From Lama glama (Eukaryota): a stretch of 64,000 nt of DNA. Each line of letters starts with the position of its first letter. Within the stretch, counting starts at the first letter, position 1. Below, piece after piece: positions 13,081 through 25,522 of this stretch. Made by a program: the position numbers and the translations under genes. The stretch is from the NCBI GenBank assembly GCA_028534125.1, contig CM052816.1, forward strand, positions 83,330,001 to 83,394,000. Direction: 5' to 3'. The notes below the pieces were generated by a model. The model ran no database searches, was not told the origin of the DNA, and worked only from the letters and a program-made list of their open reading frames with translations.

Positions 13081-15489
13081 CATCACCATCAGAATCATCA
13101 CCATTATAATTATAGTTATCCAGACAGACAGAATTATCTACAATTCGTAAGGATGCAAGACACAGAGAAAATGTCATAGATTCCAATACCTTTGTGAAAC
13201 ATTCAATGAGTAGCCAAATATCATGAGGCATCCCCTTTACTTTATGCTGATGGGAACAGCAATATTCTAATATAAATGATTTACTTGTGAAAAAGTCCTA
13301 GACTACATATAAAAACAAATGATTAATTTATTTCTAAAGAAAAATCTGAGACATTGAAGAACATGAAATCATGATAACATGAAAATGTTCATTAAAATGT
13401 AATCATAGTAATACGCTGCCCTTCAGAAACAGAGATAGAGATAACCAATATTAAAGCTAAATATAAACACACACAATATTTGGAATATCATGTAACACTG
13501 AATTAATCTAATTAACACTTAAATAATATAACAACTCCATTATGAAAAAATATTTTAATTATTGAGAAATTTGGAATGCCAATTGTTGAATTATTTTCTT
13601 GTGCCATATATTTATACTATATGTGAGAAGCTTACATTTAGAAATGAAAAAATGATTTGAAAAATACACACTAAGATATTAAAATTTTACAAAAAATACA
13701 TTATATTTAGGTCCCTGTGCATGAATGTGTGTAAGTCTCTGGGTGTGTGTACACACATCCGTACACTTAACACACTTATCTGGCATTTTCTATGAGCTCA
13801 GAATTCAGTGGAACACAACATCTAGAATAGAACAATGTATTTCCTTGGTAGACTATCAAAGGGTTAATGTTTATTCTTAGTGTTTTATTTGTATCACTGC
13901 TTATTCTAAAAGCTTATATGAGCTTTTAAAGCATTTTTCTACTCTTTAAATGGCTAAAATATATCCAAGTCATAATTTTCACAGAATAAAAAATCATATT
14001 TAGTACAACCTAGTATTGGTACCCTGTGTTTTTCTTTTATAGGCTTCTGTGTTTTCTTATTTTGTTCAAATATTATTTTGGTTCACATTTGTTCTTTAAA
14101 GTTTGAAAGCAATTATATTTGTAGAAAATTGAAATACAATTATATTTGTAGAAAAATATCTTTTTCATAATTTTTATAATTTTGATTAATTTTGAGATAT
14201 TTCAAAGCTAAATAAGACTCATTATATACATTCCTATTTCTCTTTTAAGTTTCCAGTCAGCAATTAGAATTCTCTAGATTTAAAATCAATTCAGTTTTTA
14301 ACAAAGACGCCCTGTTGGTAAAATAAATTTTTGCTTCTGTCCTGCTGAACTTTTCCTCTCTTCTCTTTGACATCCTAAGGGATTATACTTCTATATCCTA
14401 TGGCTATTTCTCCTCAAAGATTTTACCCACACTTAGGTGCCAATGGCATAAAAGTTACCATAAATCAACATCATGTTAGGGTTTTTATAAATTTTAATAC
14501 TCAAATATTTAAAAAATAATAAATCGCTGTTAGTCATGCCATACATATGAGAAATAAGCTAGCCTATCCTTCTTTTCTTAAAAGGAATGCTTATAATATC
14601 TCATTATGCTCTTTAAAATGAGATGGATCAATCTGCCCCGGGTAGCACAGCCGAAAGGCTTAGTAACATTTTATAGTACTGGCTTCTTGAAAACATTAAT
14701 GTAAAATAACGTAATTCCTACAAACTGAGCTTTTCTTACTTTTACCAGCATGCTACACAAGACGATTTCTTACTTTTACCAGCATGTTAAATAAATATAA
14801 GAAAAAAAAATGACATTTTAATCCAAAGAGAAGAAATGTGTTGGTTTAAATACTTTAAATCATCATGTTTATCAAACCATCAGAAAAAATTATACATTCG
14901 CTCAAAATTATATGAGGAACTAAATAAGACCCTTAAATATGTTATTAAGGAGGAAACTGATATTTTAACAATAAGAAGAATGTAGGTTGCCTATCTGTGT
15001 ACTCTTCTGGGTTATCCTGACATTTCAAATATATTTATGTCTGTATTTGACTCCAGTAAAAAATCTATAAGTTAACTTGAAGATTTTGAAAAGAATAATT
15101 ACTTCTTTAATCAGTGTTATGCTTCTTATTTTTTCATGACCTCATTCAAATATAATATAGAATGGAAAATGATATAGTTTCTCTTCACATGAAAATCACA
15201 TAAAATATAGTAATAATTCACTTTTAAAATTCTTTACCACCAAACTACTTATAGGTTTGTTGTTACTTCCATTAAAAACCAAAACAATTAATATACATCA
15301 GGTGTCATTGATTTACTTAGGTAATATTCCAATTGCCAAAATTCTACCATGCTAGATTTTAGGAGAATTAATAATATTTATGTGGAGAATAATGACTACA
15401 TATACCTGTATTTATAAGAGTATAAAATATTATGAAACCAAATTCTTTATTCCCATTTGACTTGTCTACATTTTAAGTTAACTTATTTT

Positions 15490-16490
15490 TCCACTTCTAA
15501 TCACAATGAAGTAACAAGAAAAACTTACCCTTATGCCATAAACATAACTAAAATAAAAACAAAAAACTAAGCAAACGAAAAATCTTGGCAAGAGATGAAC
15601 AAATGTTTCACACATTAGACACTAAAAAGTTGAAGACTTTGATTACAGACATGAAGAAAACAAATGAGATATCCTTGATATTAGCTCCGATTATCTGCCT
15701 ATTACATTTTCCTTAATTGTAGAATCAGTTTTGGGAAATCAAACAGGGTTTAAAACCCTTACTGAGATGAAAAGGTAGACTGGAAATCTGGAGAGGCTGG
15801 GATGTCTGAAACTTACAGAGCTAAGTTCTAGAAAAGGGGAACTACAAAGAAAAATAAATCTAAAAAATATGCATAGCATCCCAATTAACATTTGCTGAGT
15901 ATGAAACTATGCACTTGTGGAGAATAATTCTAAAAGGCAAGGAGAAGAAAACGTGAAGAACTATAAACTTAAAACTATCCATTAATCACACAGGCCACAG
16001 AGCTATTTCAGGGATGTACAGGCAAAATGAATAGCTTTCAGTGACCAACTGGGCCATTCAGTAGAGATATTAGAAATCTCACTTCTTAGCAATAGGGCTG
16101 AGCTATCCCTGGAATAAATGTTACAGTTTATACTCACTAGAAAACTAGTATCTCAGTGACTTGCAAGGACCTTAGCAGTTAGCCAAAACAAACTCCAACA
16201 CTCCTTAAGAAAGAAAACAATCCAGTCACTCAACAAGAAAATACAATGACCAGCATCCTACCAAAATGTGACAAGAAGCAAAAATTTTCCAAAAAGTGTC
16301 TCAGCAAGCTTGGAGGCATAGCAAGATAATTCAATGAAATAAAAGTGCTTAAAAAAAAAAAAAGGTACCAGAGCCTTAGTAATCTGTGAGAAAATTTCAA
16401 TTTGTCCAACATATTTGTGATGGGAAACCGAGAAAGAGGAGGGTGTGGGCATGAGAAAAAAATTAAAGCAATAATCATTTTCCCCAAATG
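15490..16490 (+). mobile_element. Old L1 (L1MC/MD-type) 5' UTR and ORF1 remnants
   Basis: ggccattcagtagagatattagaaa...aatagggctgagctatccctgg; aatctgtgagaaaatttcaatttgtccaacatatttgtgatgggaaaccgagaaagagg (ORF1 RRM region). Confidence 0.6.
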
Positions 16491-16699
16491 TGTGCGTGTG
16501 TATGTATATATACACATATATAACATAACATATATATCTATACATAGCATTACATATATATGGTTTCTTCTACTTTCATACTTTGCCCTTATTTTTTTCT
16601 GTATGCCTTTTGATGCACTAAAATTCTTTAAAAATTTTTAATGGAATTTGAAGGTCCTTTTTTTTTTTTAACAGCAAGAAATTCTAGAGTCCTTTAAAA

Positions 16700-17940
16700 T
16701 AAAGAAATACTTGCCCATCTTAACTTCATGAAGCTATTCTATTGCCTTCTAGAAACTCTGACATACTAGTTTTTCTATATGGAAATCCAATTTATTAGTA
16801 CCATTTGAAAAAACATCTCTTTCATAATGCATTGTAGTGTCATTTTATGTGCACTCATCTCTATATTTAGTGACTTTTGTTCAATTACATATTCTTGTGG
16901 CAATAACAACCCTATCTTAACTAGATCGGCTCTTTAATAATTGCTAATATCTATTTAAATCTTTAAATTTTTTCTTTTATTTGAGAATATTTAGGTTATA
17001 ACTGGATACTTGCCATTAGGTATACAATTTGGATTTTGAATTTATACACATACACACACACACACACCCTTTCGGGAATTTTACTGGGACTAAACTAATT
17101 ATTCATGAATTTGATTAGAACTGACATTACCATTTAAAATTTTCAACTTTGTGAACTTCATATATTCTGTTTACTTAGATAATCTCAATGGTGTTAGGTT
17201 CTCGAGGTTCTTTAAGTTTCTTTAGGTTCTTGGCAATAGTGTTGCCATGGCATAGCATCCTAAGTATCAACAGGTTTCATATGTTAGCATTTTGTTTAGG
17301 ATTTTTATATCATGTCCATGACAGGGATTGAACTATTAATCATAATGGTTTGCCCTTTTCAGGTTTGTTTTTTGTTAACTTTTTAGTTTAGTTTTGGGAA
17401 AGTTACTGGTTTTTCATAAAATTATTTGGGAAATGCTTCATTTTCTATATTTCATTATTAAGTTGTGTTATTTGTTTATTAAATATTTGACATAATTTAC
17501 CTTTAAATCATTTAAAACTTTTAGTCTGGAAGTATACGTGTGTGTGAGTATAAATGCATGCACATGTGTGTGTTAAATTTGTTATTTTGTTGGCTTTAAG
17601 CCATCTTTTTTTCTGGATTTCTCATATTTAATTTTATTTAGTTGATTAGCTTACATTTACTATTATTTTATATCTTTTTAGTATCTGTAGAATCAGGAGA
17701 AATAAGCTTTGTATTCCTGAGTTTGGTATTTTGATCATCTTTTTTCAGTTTAATTTTAAATTCCAATTTAAAATTTATTTTAAGACATTTTGATGTTTTT
17801 GATTATTTTTCCATTACCTCTTATTTTAAAATTCTTTTAATTCTTAGTTGTATAATTATTTTTTCCATTTTTCTACTTCCCTGGGATTTAATTTGCTTAC
17901 TTATCCAAATTTATGAAATTATAATCAACAATTTATTTCA
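16700..17940 (-). mobile_element. Very old L1 ORF2 fragments
   Basis: T-rich antisense L1 motifs, e.g. gttagcattttgtttaggatttttatatcatgtccatgacagggattg. Confidence 0.55.
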
Positions 17941-17974
17941 GTCTTTACCTTTTTTTGAGTATGTTTTTAATACT

Positions 17975-18845
17975 AAGCCTATGGATAAAGTATGGGAATA
18001 AGTCTTAAAGGAGAAGCAGCAGGATCTAAGGCATGTATGTTGGATCAGCTTGAATGTGTTGATTTGTGTAGAGTAAGGAGAGGTTCTGGTTTCCATGTGT
18101 TGAATCAAGTGCCTGAGAATGAATAACATTTTGCTAGGTTGGTTGATACAATCATAAAATCAAAGGTGATTTAACATAATAAAACTGAAACTCCTAAACT
18201 TCTTTGGTATTCCATAGAAAAAGATGGTAAGAGGAGAGAGAGAGATCAGAAATTTATAGTGGATATGTCATGTAAAACATGTTTACTTATCCTCTACCAA
18301 TATTCTCTGGAAGGAAAAAAAGACATTTCTTTATAAAGACTGTGACCGAGATGGTCTTAGTATTTTCAAACAACGTGGTGGTTATTATCTGCAGGCAGAG
18401 AATGTCAGAGGAAGCGATGCCCATGGAACTGAGCTCACTAACTAAATGGAGATGTCAGGATCTGTGGTGGTTGTGGTCAAATGGCATGACCTGAATGTCA
18501 TTTGTAAGAGAAGTATGGTTACTCTAATGGGCAGCAGAATCAAAGAATTAGAATTGTTTGGGTCACAGAGATTTTTGATGTGGCTGGTTGATCAAGATCC
18601 CATCAATGGAAACAGATTGGCAACCTACAAAAGTTGTATTTGTTTTGCATATGCTGGAAATAGTTATATCTGTTAAACAGAATTGATTGGAATCACCTTA
18701 ATAGTTACAATTATAGCCCTTAATCGACTCCCAGGCCTAGCCAGTGTACAGAGTCAGAGAAATTAAGTAAAGGTGAGGTTTATCCTCTTACAGAAGTATC
18801 CTACTGCTTAACCAAGTGTTACCCTGCAATCTTCCCCTTTAATAA
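17975..18845 (+). mobile_element. ERVL internal region, gag remnant
   Basis: gtatgggaataagtcttaaagg...gttggatcagcttgaatgtgttgat...ggttggttgatac...tagtggatatgtcatgtaa...cacagagatttttgatgtggctggttgatcaag follow the recalled HERVL-type gag; no intact ORF. Confidence 0.75.
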
Positions 18846-19185
18846 TCCTTAAAAGAAAACCCAGCCATAACTGACAACACTGATGAATCCTGAGAGCCTT
18901 ATGTTAAGTGAAATTAGCCAGTCACAGAGGGACAAATATTACATGACTCATTTATATGAGGTATCTAAAATAATCAAAATCATAGCAGCAGAGAGTAGAA
19001 TAGTGGTTGCTAGGGGAGGTAAAAATGGGCAGTTGCTATTCAACATGTATAAGATTCCAATTATGCAAGGTGCGGAAGTTTTAGAGAACTGCTGTGCAAC
19101 ACTGTGCCTACAGTTAACAATACTGGATGAGGCACTTAAATTTTTTAACAGGATAGATTTCATGACCAAAGTTCTGACCACAAAA
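18846..19185 (+). mobile_element. L1 3' end (L1MB-type) inserted in the ERVL
   Basis: atgaatcctgagagccttatgttaagtgaaattagccagtcacagagggacaaatattacatgactc...gcagagagtagaatagtggttgctagg. Confidence 0.85.
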
Positions 19186-19700
19186 GAGATACCTGAGACC
19201 ATTTACCAGGGTAATTATACGTTGGCAAAGGGGAATTAGACTTTATGAAGTAATGGCTTTAAACTGAAACTAGTACCTGCAAACCAAAAATGTCATTGTA
19301 TTCCACCAATTAGATATAGCTTTATGAATATCAGGTAATCCATAGAGTTTTGACTTGGGTTTATTTTATGATTGGCCCAGCTCTTCCCCAGATCTCTCTG
19401 TGGTTATTTCCTTAATTCCAGAAGGTAGAGTTTCAATAGATATACTCAACAACTGGCAGAAAATCCACATTAGTTTTTATGATCCATGGAATGATGACTT
19501 ATACTGCAGGAAAGGCCCAATGCCTTTATCCACAAAAGTTAAAGGCAATATTATAGAAAAGGACTCCAGAGATTAATGCTGCCATCGAGGACCTGAAAGA
19601 TGCAAGAGTGGTGATTTCTATCACAACCATATTCAATTTGCCTATTATCCCATACATAAAATAAGTGTTTTGATAAATGATGGTTTTCATTACCTTAATG
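19186..19700 (+). mobile_element. ERVL internal region, protease and RT N-terminal remnant
   Basis: ccatttaccagggtaattatacgttggcaaaggggaat; ctgtggttatttccttaattccagaa...atagatatactcaacaactggcagaaaatccacatt (VVISLIPE..IDILNNWQKIHI, seen in ORF 19355..19576); gctgccatcgaggacctgaaagatgcaagagtggtgatt. Confidence 0.8.
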
Positions 19701-19702
19701 AA

Positions 19703-19790
19703 GTTTTTATTTAACTCTACTGCTGCATGAAAACCACGCCAAACTTAAGGGGTATAAAACAATAATTTTTATTATTCTAACAGATGTGGC
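19703..19790 (-). mobile_element. MLT1-type LTR 3'-end fragment
   Basis: ctactgctgcatgaaaaccacgccaaacttaaggggtataaaacaataatttttattattctaacagat. Confidence 0.5.
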
Positions 19791-19894
19791 TCTTCAATAG
19801 CTTTTGTTCATTGATCATTTTTAAGCATCTAAACATCTAAGAGTGTCTCTCATTGATCATGCATTCAATACATATTTTGAATGAAGTAATGTAG

Positions 19895-20062
19895 GTCTCT
19901 ATGACACACTGATGAGGGATGTTGAGGGTAGGAGAGTGTTTATTTTGGGGGAGGCTATGCACGAACTCTCTGTATTTTCTGCTCAATTCTGTTGTAAACC
20001 TGAAACTGCTCCAAAGGAATAAAGTCTATTTTAAAAAGATTAAAAAAAAAAAAAAGAAAGAA
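19895..20062 (+). mobile_element. L1 3' terminus (L1MC-type) with poly(A)
   Basis: gaactctctgtattttctgctcaattctgttgtaaacctgaaactgctcc...aataaagtctatttt followed by an A-run. Confidence 0.85.
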
Positions 20063-20349
20063 ACTCTCATCTATCAATACTGAAATACTTCAGAATTTTT
20101 AAACTGGGCAAGAATTTTTATACATCTCTATTCTTAGACCCTTGGCAATATTTTTCTCCTTGAATGCTTGCATTTATTTAATAAAACATTAATCATTTAT
20201 TAAAACTTCAAATATTGAAATTACCAAATTCCAGAGTATTGGAAAACAAAAGCACTTTTTAAAGTGGGTCATTAAATGTAGTCTTATGAGATTTCCCACT
20301 ATTTATGTTCCTTTGTTCCATACCTAAATATTCTGATAATGGAGGAAGA

Positions 20350-23270
20350 AAATCTTGTATTGTTTGTTGGTTCAGAGCTTAGCATACATTTGTGTGTGTA
20401 TCTCAACTGCACAAAATACTACATCCAAGCTGTCAATTAATGGTTTCCTTAATTGGCCACTTTACAGATCTTTGGTCAGGGAAAAGTCATATGGAAAAAT
20501 ATATTTTGTATTAGTGATAGTATGTTCACAGATGGTAGAATCCATGCACACATGGAAAGCATACCTTAGTTCAGAATAAGGATCTGTTTCAATGAGAGCA
20601 AATAATACTCCATTTTACAATGGGAACAGTTTGATATTGTCAATTTGCTGGGAGGTAAGTGCCTGGCATTTCCAAGGTCTGATAAAATATAGGAGCCAAT
20701 GGTCTTTCTGCTGGCGTATGAAACATTTAGTGATAAAATTAAGTCCAAGTTAAATGGACTTAACCCATGCATAGTATTCAGTATTCATTTTTTACCATCA
20801 TGACAATTTGATCATGAGGTCATTGGGCAAGACTGCCTAGGATTGGGATAAAATCTGACTAGCATTCAGAAAGAAAGCCATTTTGTCAACCTTTCTATTC
20901 AAGCTATCTTCACTATAGAAGGCTGGAGGGGCAGAATCTATTATTCCGAGATGTCCCCAAACTCAACCCTCCTATGGAATTATTTGTTCTTTATACACAT
21001 AATCTAACATTGTAAGCAGAGTAGAGATATACTGCCTGAAGATAAATCTTTGTATTTGACATCTTTGTGTTCTTCAGAATTGGGATATAATGAGCTGGGT
21101 TATAAATCTGTAGCAGGCCACTATGGCCAACGTGAGTAAATTAAACTGATCTCTTTGTTCACCAAACTTCAATTGTTTTTTAGCCTCAGCAGTCAACTAG
21201 TTAAAAATAAATCCCACTGCAGCAGACATATAGTATTGTCCATCAAGAGAAGTCACCACAGGAAGGTAAAGAATCTGTTTATGCAACATACATATGGCTT
21301 CAAGACATGCTTGGGCCCAATCTCTTTGAACACTTTAATTGGCATTATAATTAGATTTACTTAATTTAATGGCTAGGTGGGTCAGACTGAGTTTGAAATA
21401 GGCAGCTTGGATTTCATGTTCACTTCAGCTTCACTTTACATCAGGGCCAGTGGAAAGCCAGGTAATAAAAATTAAAAAAGAGAACATTATTATCCAAAAG
21501 CAGTAAAGCACAATTGTATGGGTTGCCATCAGTTCCAAGCTGCATTATAATTTGCCTTAGATACCGAATTAATCGTGTTCCACAACTAGTCCATATAATC
21601 CAGAGTCAAATGCTTCCACCACTGTGTGAAAAGATGGAAACCCTTCTTACACTCCAAATGCATTTAGAGCTGGAAACTTAAGTTATTCACGACATAGGTA
21701 AAATATCATACCTAAACAGAATATATTTCTCTTCAGGAATCAGTTCCACTAAAGCTTAGTGCTCTTAGAACCAGAGGGAATAGAGTATACACACTTTTTC
21801 TTCAATTAAAAGGTACTGTTCTATGCTCTGTATACCACTGGTTAGACAAGAAACTTTGAAGAACTTGTAGACCATTGAATTATCCCTAGAGCGTCTTTCT
21901 TTTGTGACAATTGACTTAACCATGGTTCTCTCAGAAGGTTCTCAGATGCTTGCTCTTCAAGTGGTAAGAGGGATGATGTCATCAACATGTTGAACAGAAT
22001 ATCTGAGATAATGAGCACTTATGCTTCCAAGAGGCTCAATTTTGGTACAAAAGTAGAGTGGCAATTCATTCCATAAGACTAGAATAAAATTTGTACTTTT
22101 GTCACTGTCTTGAAAACATTTCATTCTCTTATTAATTTTCATCACAAGGGAGGAAAAAACTGATCTCATCAATAAATACACAAGATACAAGTAGCTTTAT
22201 TAATTTGCTCAAGTAGGGAGACTATATCTGGATAGCATCTGTATCCAGATTCATCACCCAATTAAACTGATGATTATCTGTCATTATCTAAGTCCCATCT
22301 GTCTATTGAGCCAATTGAAGTGGATAATTTAATGAGAATGTGTCAGCAATCTCACTTTTTGTGTATTTCAAGGTTTCAATATGGACAGATCTCCGCAGTT
22401 TCACCAAGAAGAATCCATTTGTAGATGGTTGTGTTTGTGTTGTTTGTGTTCTTTGTTTTGATTTGTTATTTTTCTTTTAAACAGACTGTAAATTCTAGGG
22501 ATTTCTACCCAACACTTCTTCCAAAATTCAGATTCCAAAATAAGTTGTATATGTATATAAATATGTGTGTATAAATATGGGTGAGTATTTAAACTATATA
22601 TCTATAGTTTAAATTTATAAAATCCCAGAAATAACAGTGAGAATAAAGGTAGTGATTTGATCCACTTGGACATACTCTGAGGCATTTCTGTCAAAATTGT
22701 AATTATCACCTAACTCCCATATGCCCTCAAACTTACTTATAACTAAAAATTTTCTTTAGTTCACATGAATCTGTAATAGCTGAGACTTCAGATTTAATGT
22801 TTCCTCAGAGTGTTGGTTTTTTCCCCATATGCAATGACATTGATAGTTATCTAGAGTTCCTTGGTAATTATTAAGAGAAATAATCTTAGTATATATCCAT
22901 AGTGTTATATTGAGTGGTCTCCTTCATTTGAGAAATTGCCACTTACATAAAGCTAGGAATTGGCTTACAGGTCATGAGTCTATTTGGTGGCTCAGGATGT
23001 ATCTTGCACACATGGAAATTTGCAGCTATGAGACTTAATTGGCCATTCATAACTTTTGGTCCTGGGGACTCCACAGTCAGTTAATACCCACAAAATATTT
23101 CTGGTTCAGACTGTTATGACCATCTGAAACTCTGCTGGCTACTTGGTATCTACATTCACTTCATCCCTAAGAGTTGGTTCTCACTAATGGATGTCTGTCA
23201 CTGTGAAATTCTTCTATCCTCTGAAATATGGGGCCATTTTGGCTTTAGTATTTCAAACTAGCATCACCAA
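20350..23270 (-). mobile_element. ERVL-like internal region with decayed gag-pro-pol (RT, tether, integrase)
   Basis: Protease-like RAYGS*VI near 22705-22730; RT motif VQHVDDII near 21972-21995; tether taatggctaggtgggtcaga; integrase zinc-finger and core-like DNA at 20350-20890. All on the minus strand, no intact ORF. Confidence 0.7.
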
Positions 23271-23455
23271 CTTTAGCATTCAGAATGGGCTAGAGTAGGC
23301 TGAGTGATAAACCCCAAAATCTCAGTGACCCAAAAACTTACTTTTTACTTATGTTACATGTCCATTATAGGTCACCAATGGTTGAAGGGACCCAGAGACC
23401 CAGAATGAACTGTGATCTATCCACACACATACTCCACAATGCCTGAGTAAACTTT
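23271..23455 (-). mobile_element. MLT1J/K-like MaLR LTR (U5 end abutting the internal region)
   Basis: attcagaatgggctagagtaggctgagtgataaaccccaaaatctcagtgac...tgttacatgtccattataggtcac...gggacccag. Confidence 0.65.
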
Positions 23456-23461
23456 CAGTCA

Positions 23462-25004
23462 CAGAGGTGGCTGTTCAAGATGGGCTAGTGTAGAACATCC
23501 TGAACTCCTCCCATGGGAACACTAAATCTACAGTTGCTTATGAAACAATTGCTTCTTTAAAAACCTGAAAAACTAGCTAAGCAGTTTTTCCATAAGGATA
23601 AAAGTGCCCCACTGAGACAGGTAAAAGAGGCTTTGCCAAAACCCCACCTCCAGCACAGTGACCTACAACCAGGACAAACCTCAAATAGAGCGCTTTTACC
23701 TGAGGACTGAGAGTTTGTACCTGACATCAGACACCCCAGGCCTTGGTAACTGCACTGGAGAGATCAGCCCCCAAACTGTCTGGCTTTGAAAACCAACAAG
23801 GCTTACATCCAGAAGACCCAAAGAGCCCTAAGGAATTGAGCTTCTACTCTTAAGGTCATAGGTGTAGACTTACCCCAGGACAGCAATTTGAAAATCACCT
23901 AGACTACATGCGAAGGAGATTCATTTGCTAATCTTAAAGTGTGTGCTGGAGGGACAGGGGCCTGCTGGGACTCTCTCTGGGGATGGAGGTGGTGTTGGTG
24001 CCATTTTTCACACTCTCCTCCCTTGCTAGCACCTGCAGGCGTGCCCTTGCCCACACTCTCCTGCAGCCCTGCTTAAGCAGAGAGTTGCCCTGTCCCCACA
24101 CTCTCTTGCAGCCTTGCTAAACCCAGCAGACAGGCTCTGTCTCCACATTTTTCTGCATCAATGCTAGAGCTGGCAGGCACACACAGTTCACACAGGGAAT
24201 GTTCTTTGAGCTCCTGGCATTGGTGGCCAGGGAGCTTACTTTTCTGAACTCTGTAGGACTAAAACAATTGGAGAGACAGTTCTTGGCAGGCTACCACCCC
24301 CAGGGCACAGCACAGAAAGCAGACTGAGGCGCAACCCCAGACTTCCTGTGAAAAAGACCTATTTACTTGTCCTGGAGATTCGGCCTAAGGGACAATCTTC
24401 AAGTTTACTACACATCTAGAGGCCACAGAGTTGTTCTTAAGGAAACAGCGCAGGAAACATCATTTTGTTCTCTCTCTTGGCCTTTCATCTCATTGGTACC
24501 TCCCAGAAATGAGCTCTTACACTTGTATGAAGCCCTGATTTTTGCAACCATAACCAAGCAAGCACTCTCAGATCACCTGATCTGGAGCTCAGCAGGGTTT
24601 ACAACTGAGGTCCCCAGGGGACTTTATGTATTTATATAATTTAGAAGCTGCTGCCTGAAAATCTGGCTCCCAAACAGACTGAAATTAGGTGCCAAGATCC
24701 TTTGGTTTTTTTTGGAACACTGTCATGTCTTGCACATCCTTAAGAATGGGGACCTAATGAACAATAAATTAGGCTGCTTAGACAATCATATAGATTTCAG
24801 AGACAAACAAGAGTTAGAGCAAGGTTGAACGATAAGTTTCATCTCCTACACAAAGCCACTCCAAGTCGGGGAAAGGTAGCTATTCCACTTAACACACAGA
24901 AACAGAGATTCAAGCAAAATGAAGAAACAAAGGAAGATGTTCCAACTGAAAGAACAAGACAAAACTCAGGAAAAAAAAAACAACACCTTAATGAAATGGA
25001 GATA
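23462..25004 (+). mobile_element. L1 5' UTR plus start of ORF1
   Basis: Begins near caagatgg (YY1-like); ATG at 24919 reads MKKQRKMFQLKEQDKTQ...LNEMEI; same 5' type as the L1 at 59660. Confidence 0.85.
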
Positions 25005-25134
25005 TTATGGTATTCTTTAGCTATGTGGTTTCTGTTTGGTTCTTTCTTGTATTTCCCATCTCTTTGTTGATATTCTCATTTATTCTTCTCTCCAGTTCAG
25101 TGAGCATCCTTATGACATAACTTTGAATTCTTCA
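25005..25134 (-). mobile_element. Inverted L1 ORF1 segment
   Basis: Reverse complement gaagaattcaaagttatgtcataaggatgctcactgaactggagagaag...gctaaagaataccataa reads EEFKVM..RMLTELERR...LKNTI. Confidence 0.85.
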
Positions 25135-25522
25135 CTTAAAACGAATGAACAAACAACAACAACTACAAAAATAAGCTTATAGATACAGAGAATAGATTGG
25201 TGGTTGCCAGAGGCAGGGGGTAGGATATACGTGAAATGAGTAAAGGGAATGAAAGTTACAAACTTCCAGTTATAAAAATAAGTAAGTCCTGAGGATGTAC
25301 AGCATAGTGACTATAGCTAATATTGTATTGCATATTGAAAGTTGCTAAGAGAGTAAATCTTACATGTCCTCATCTCAAGAAAAAAAACCTTTCATAACTA
25401 TGTAAGGTGATGGATATTAACTACTTAGTGTGATGATCATTCACAATACATACAAATATTGAATCATTATGTTGTACACCTGAAACTTGTATGTTACATG
25501 TCAATTAATATCTCAGTTTTAA
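25135..25522 (+). mobile_element. L1 3' UTR (L1MA9-like)
   Basis: atagatacagagaatagattggtggttgccagaggc...tacaaacttccagttataaa...gaaagttgctaagagagtaaatctta...tgttgtacacctgaaact. Confidence 0.88.

Noticed and set aside
14732..14786. CRISPR-like repeat-spacer
   Set aside because: Only two copies with a 13-nt spacer, mammalian context, and no cas genes
19703..19790. Possible 3' LTR partner of the 20350-23455 element
   Set aside because: Orientation fits, but its U5 end looks like a different MLT1 subfamily from 23271-23455; unresolved without alignment
21957..22190. Possible Gypsy-type or domesticated reverse transcriptase (HVDD motif)
   Set aside because: Flanking DNA follows ERVL RT (ttaatttgctcaagtagggagactatatctgg) and is full of stops and frameshifts
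22587..22614. 12-bp-stem hairpin atttaaactata-tatc-tatagtttaaat
   Set aside because: Almost pure AT beside a TA-rich tract; expected from low complexity
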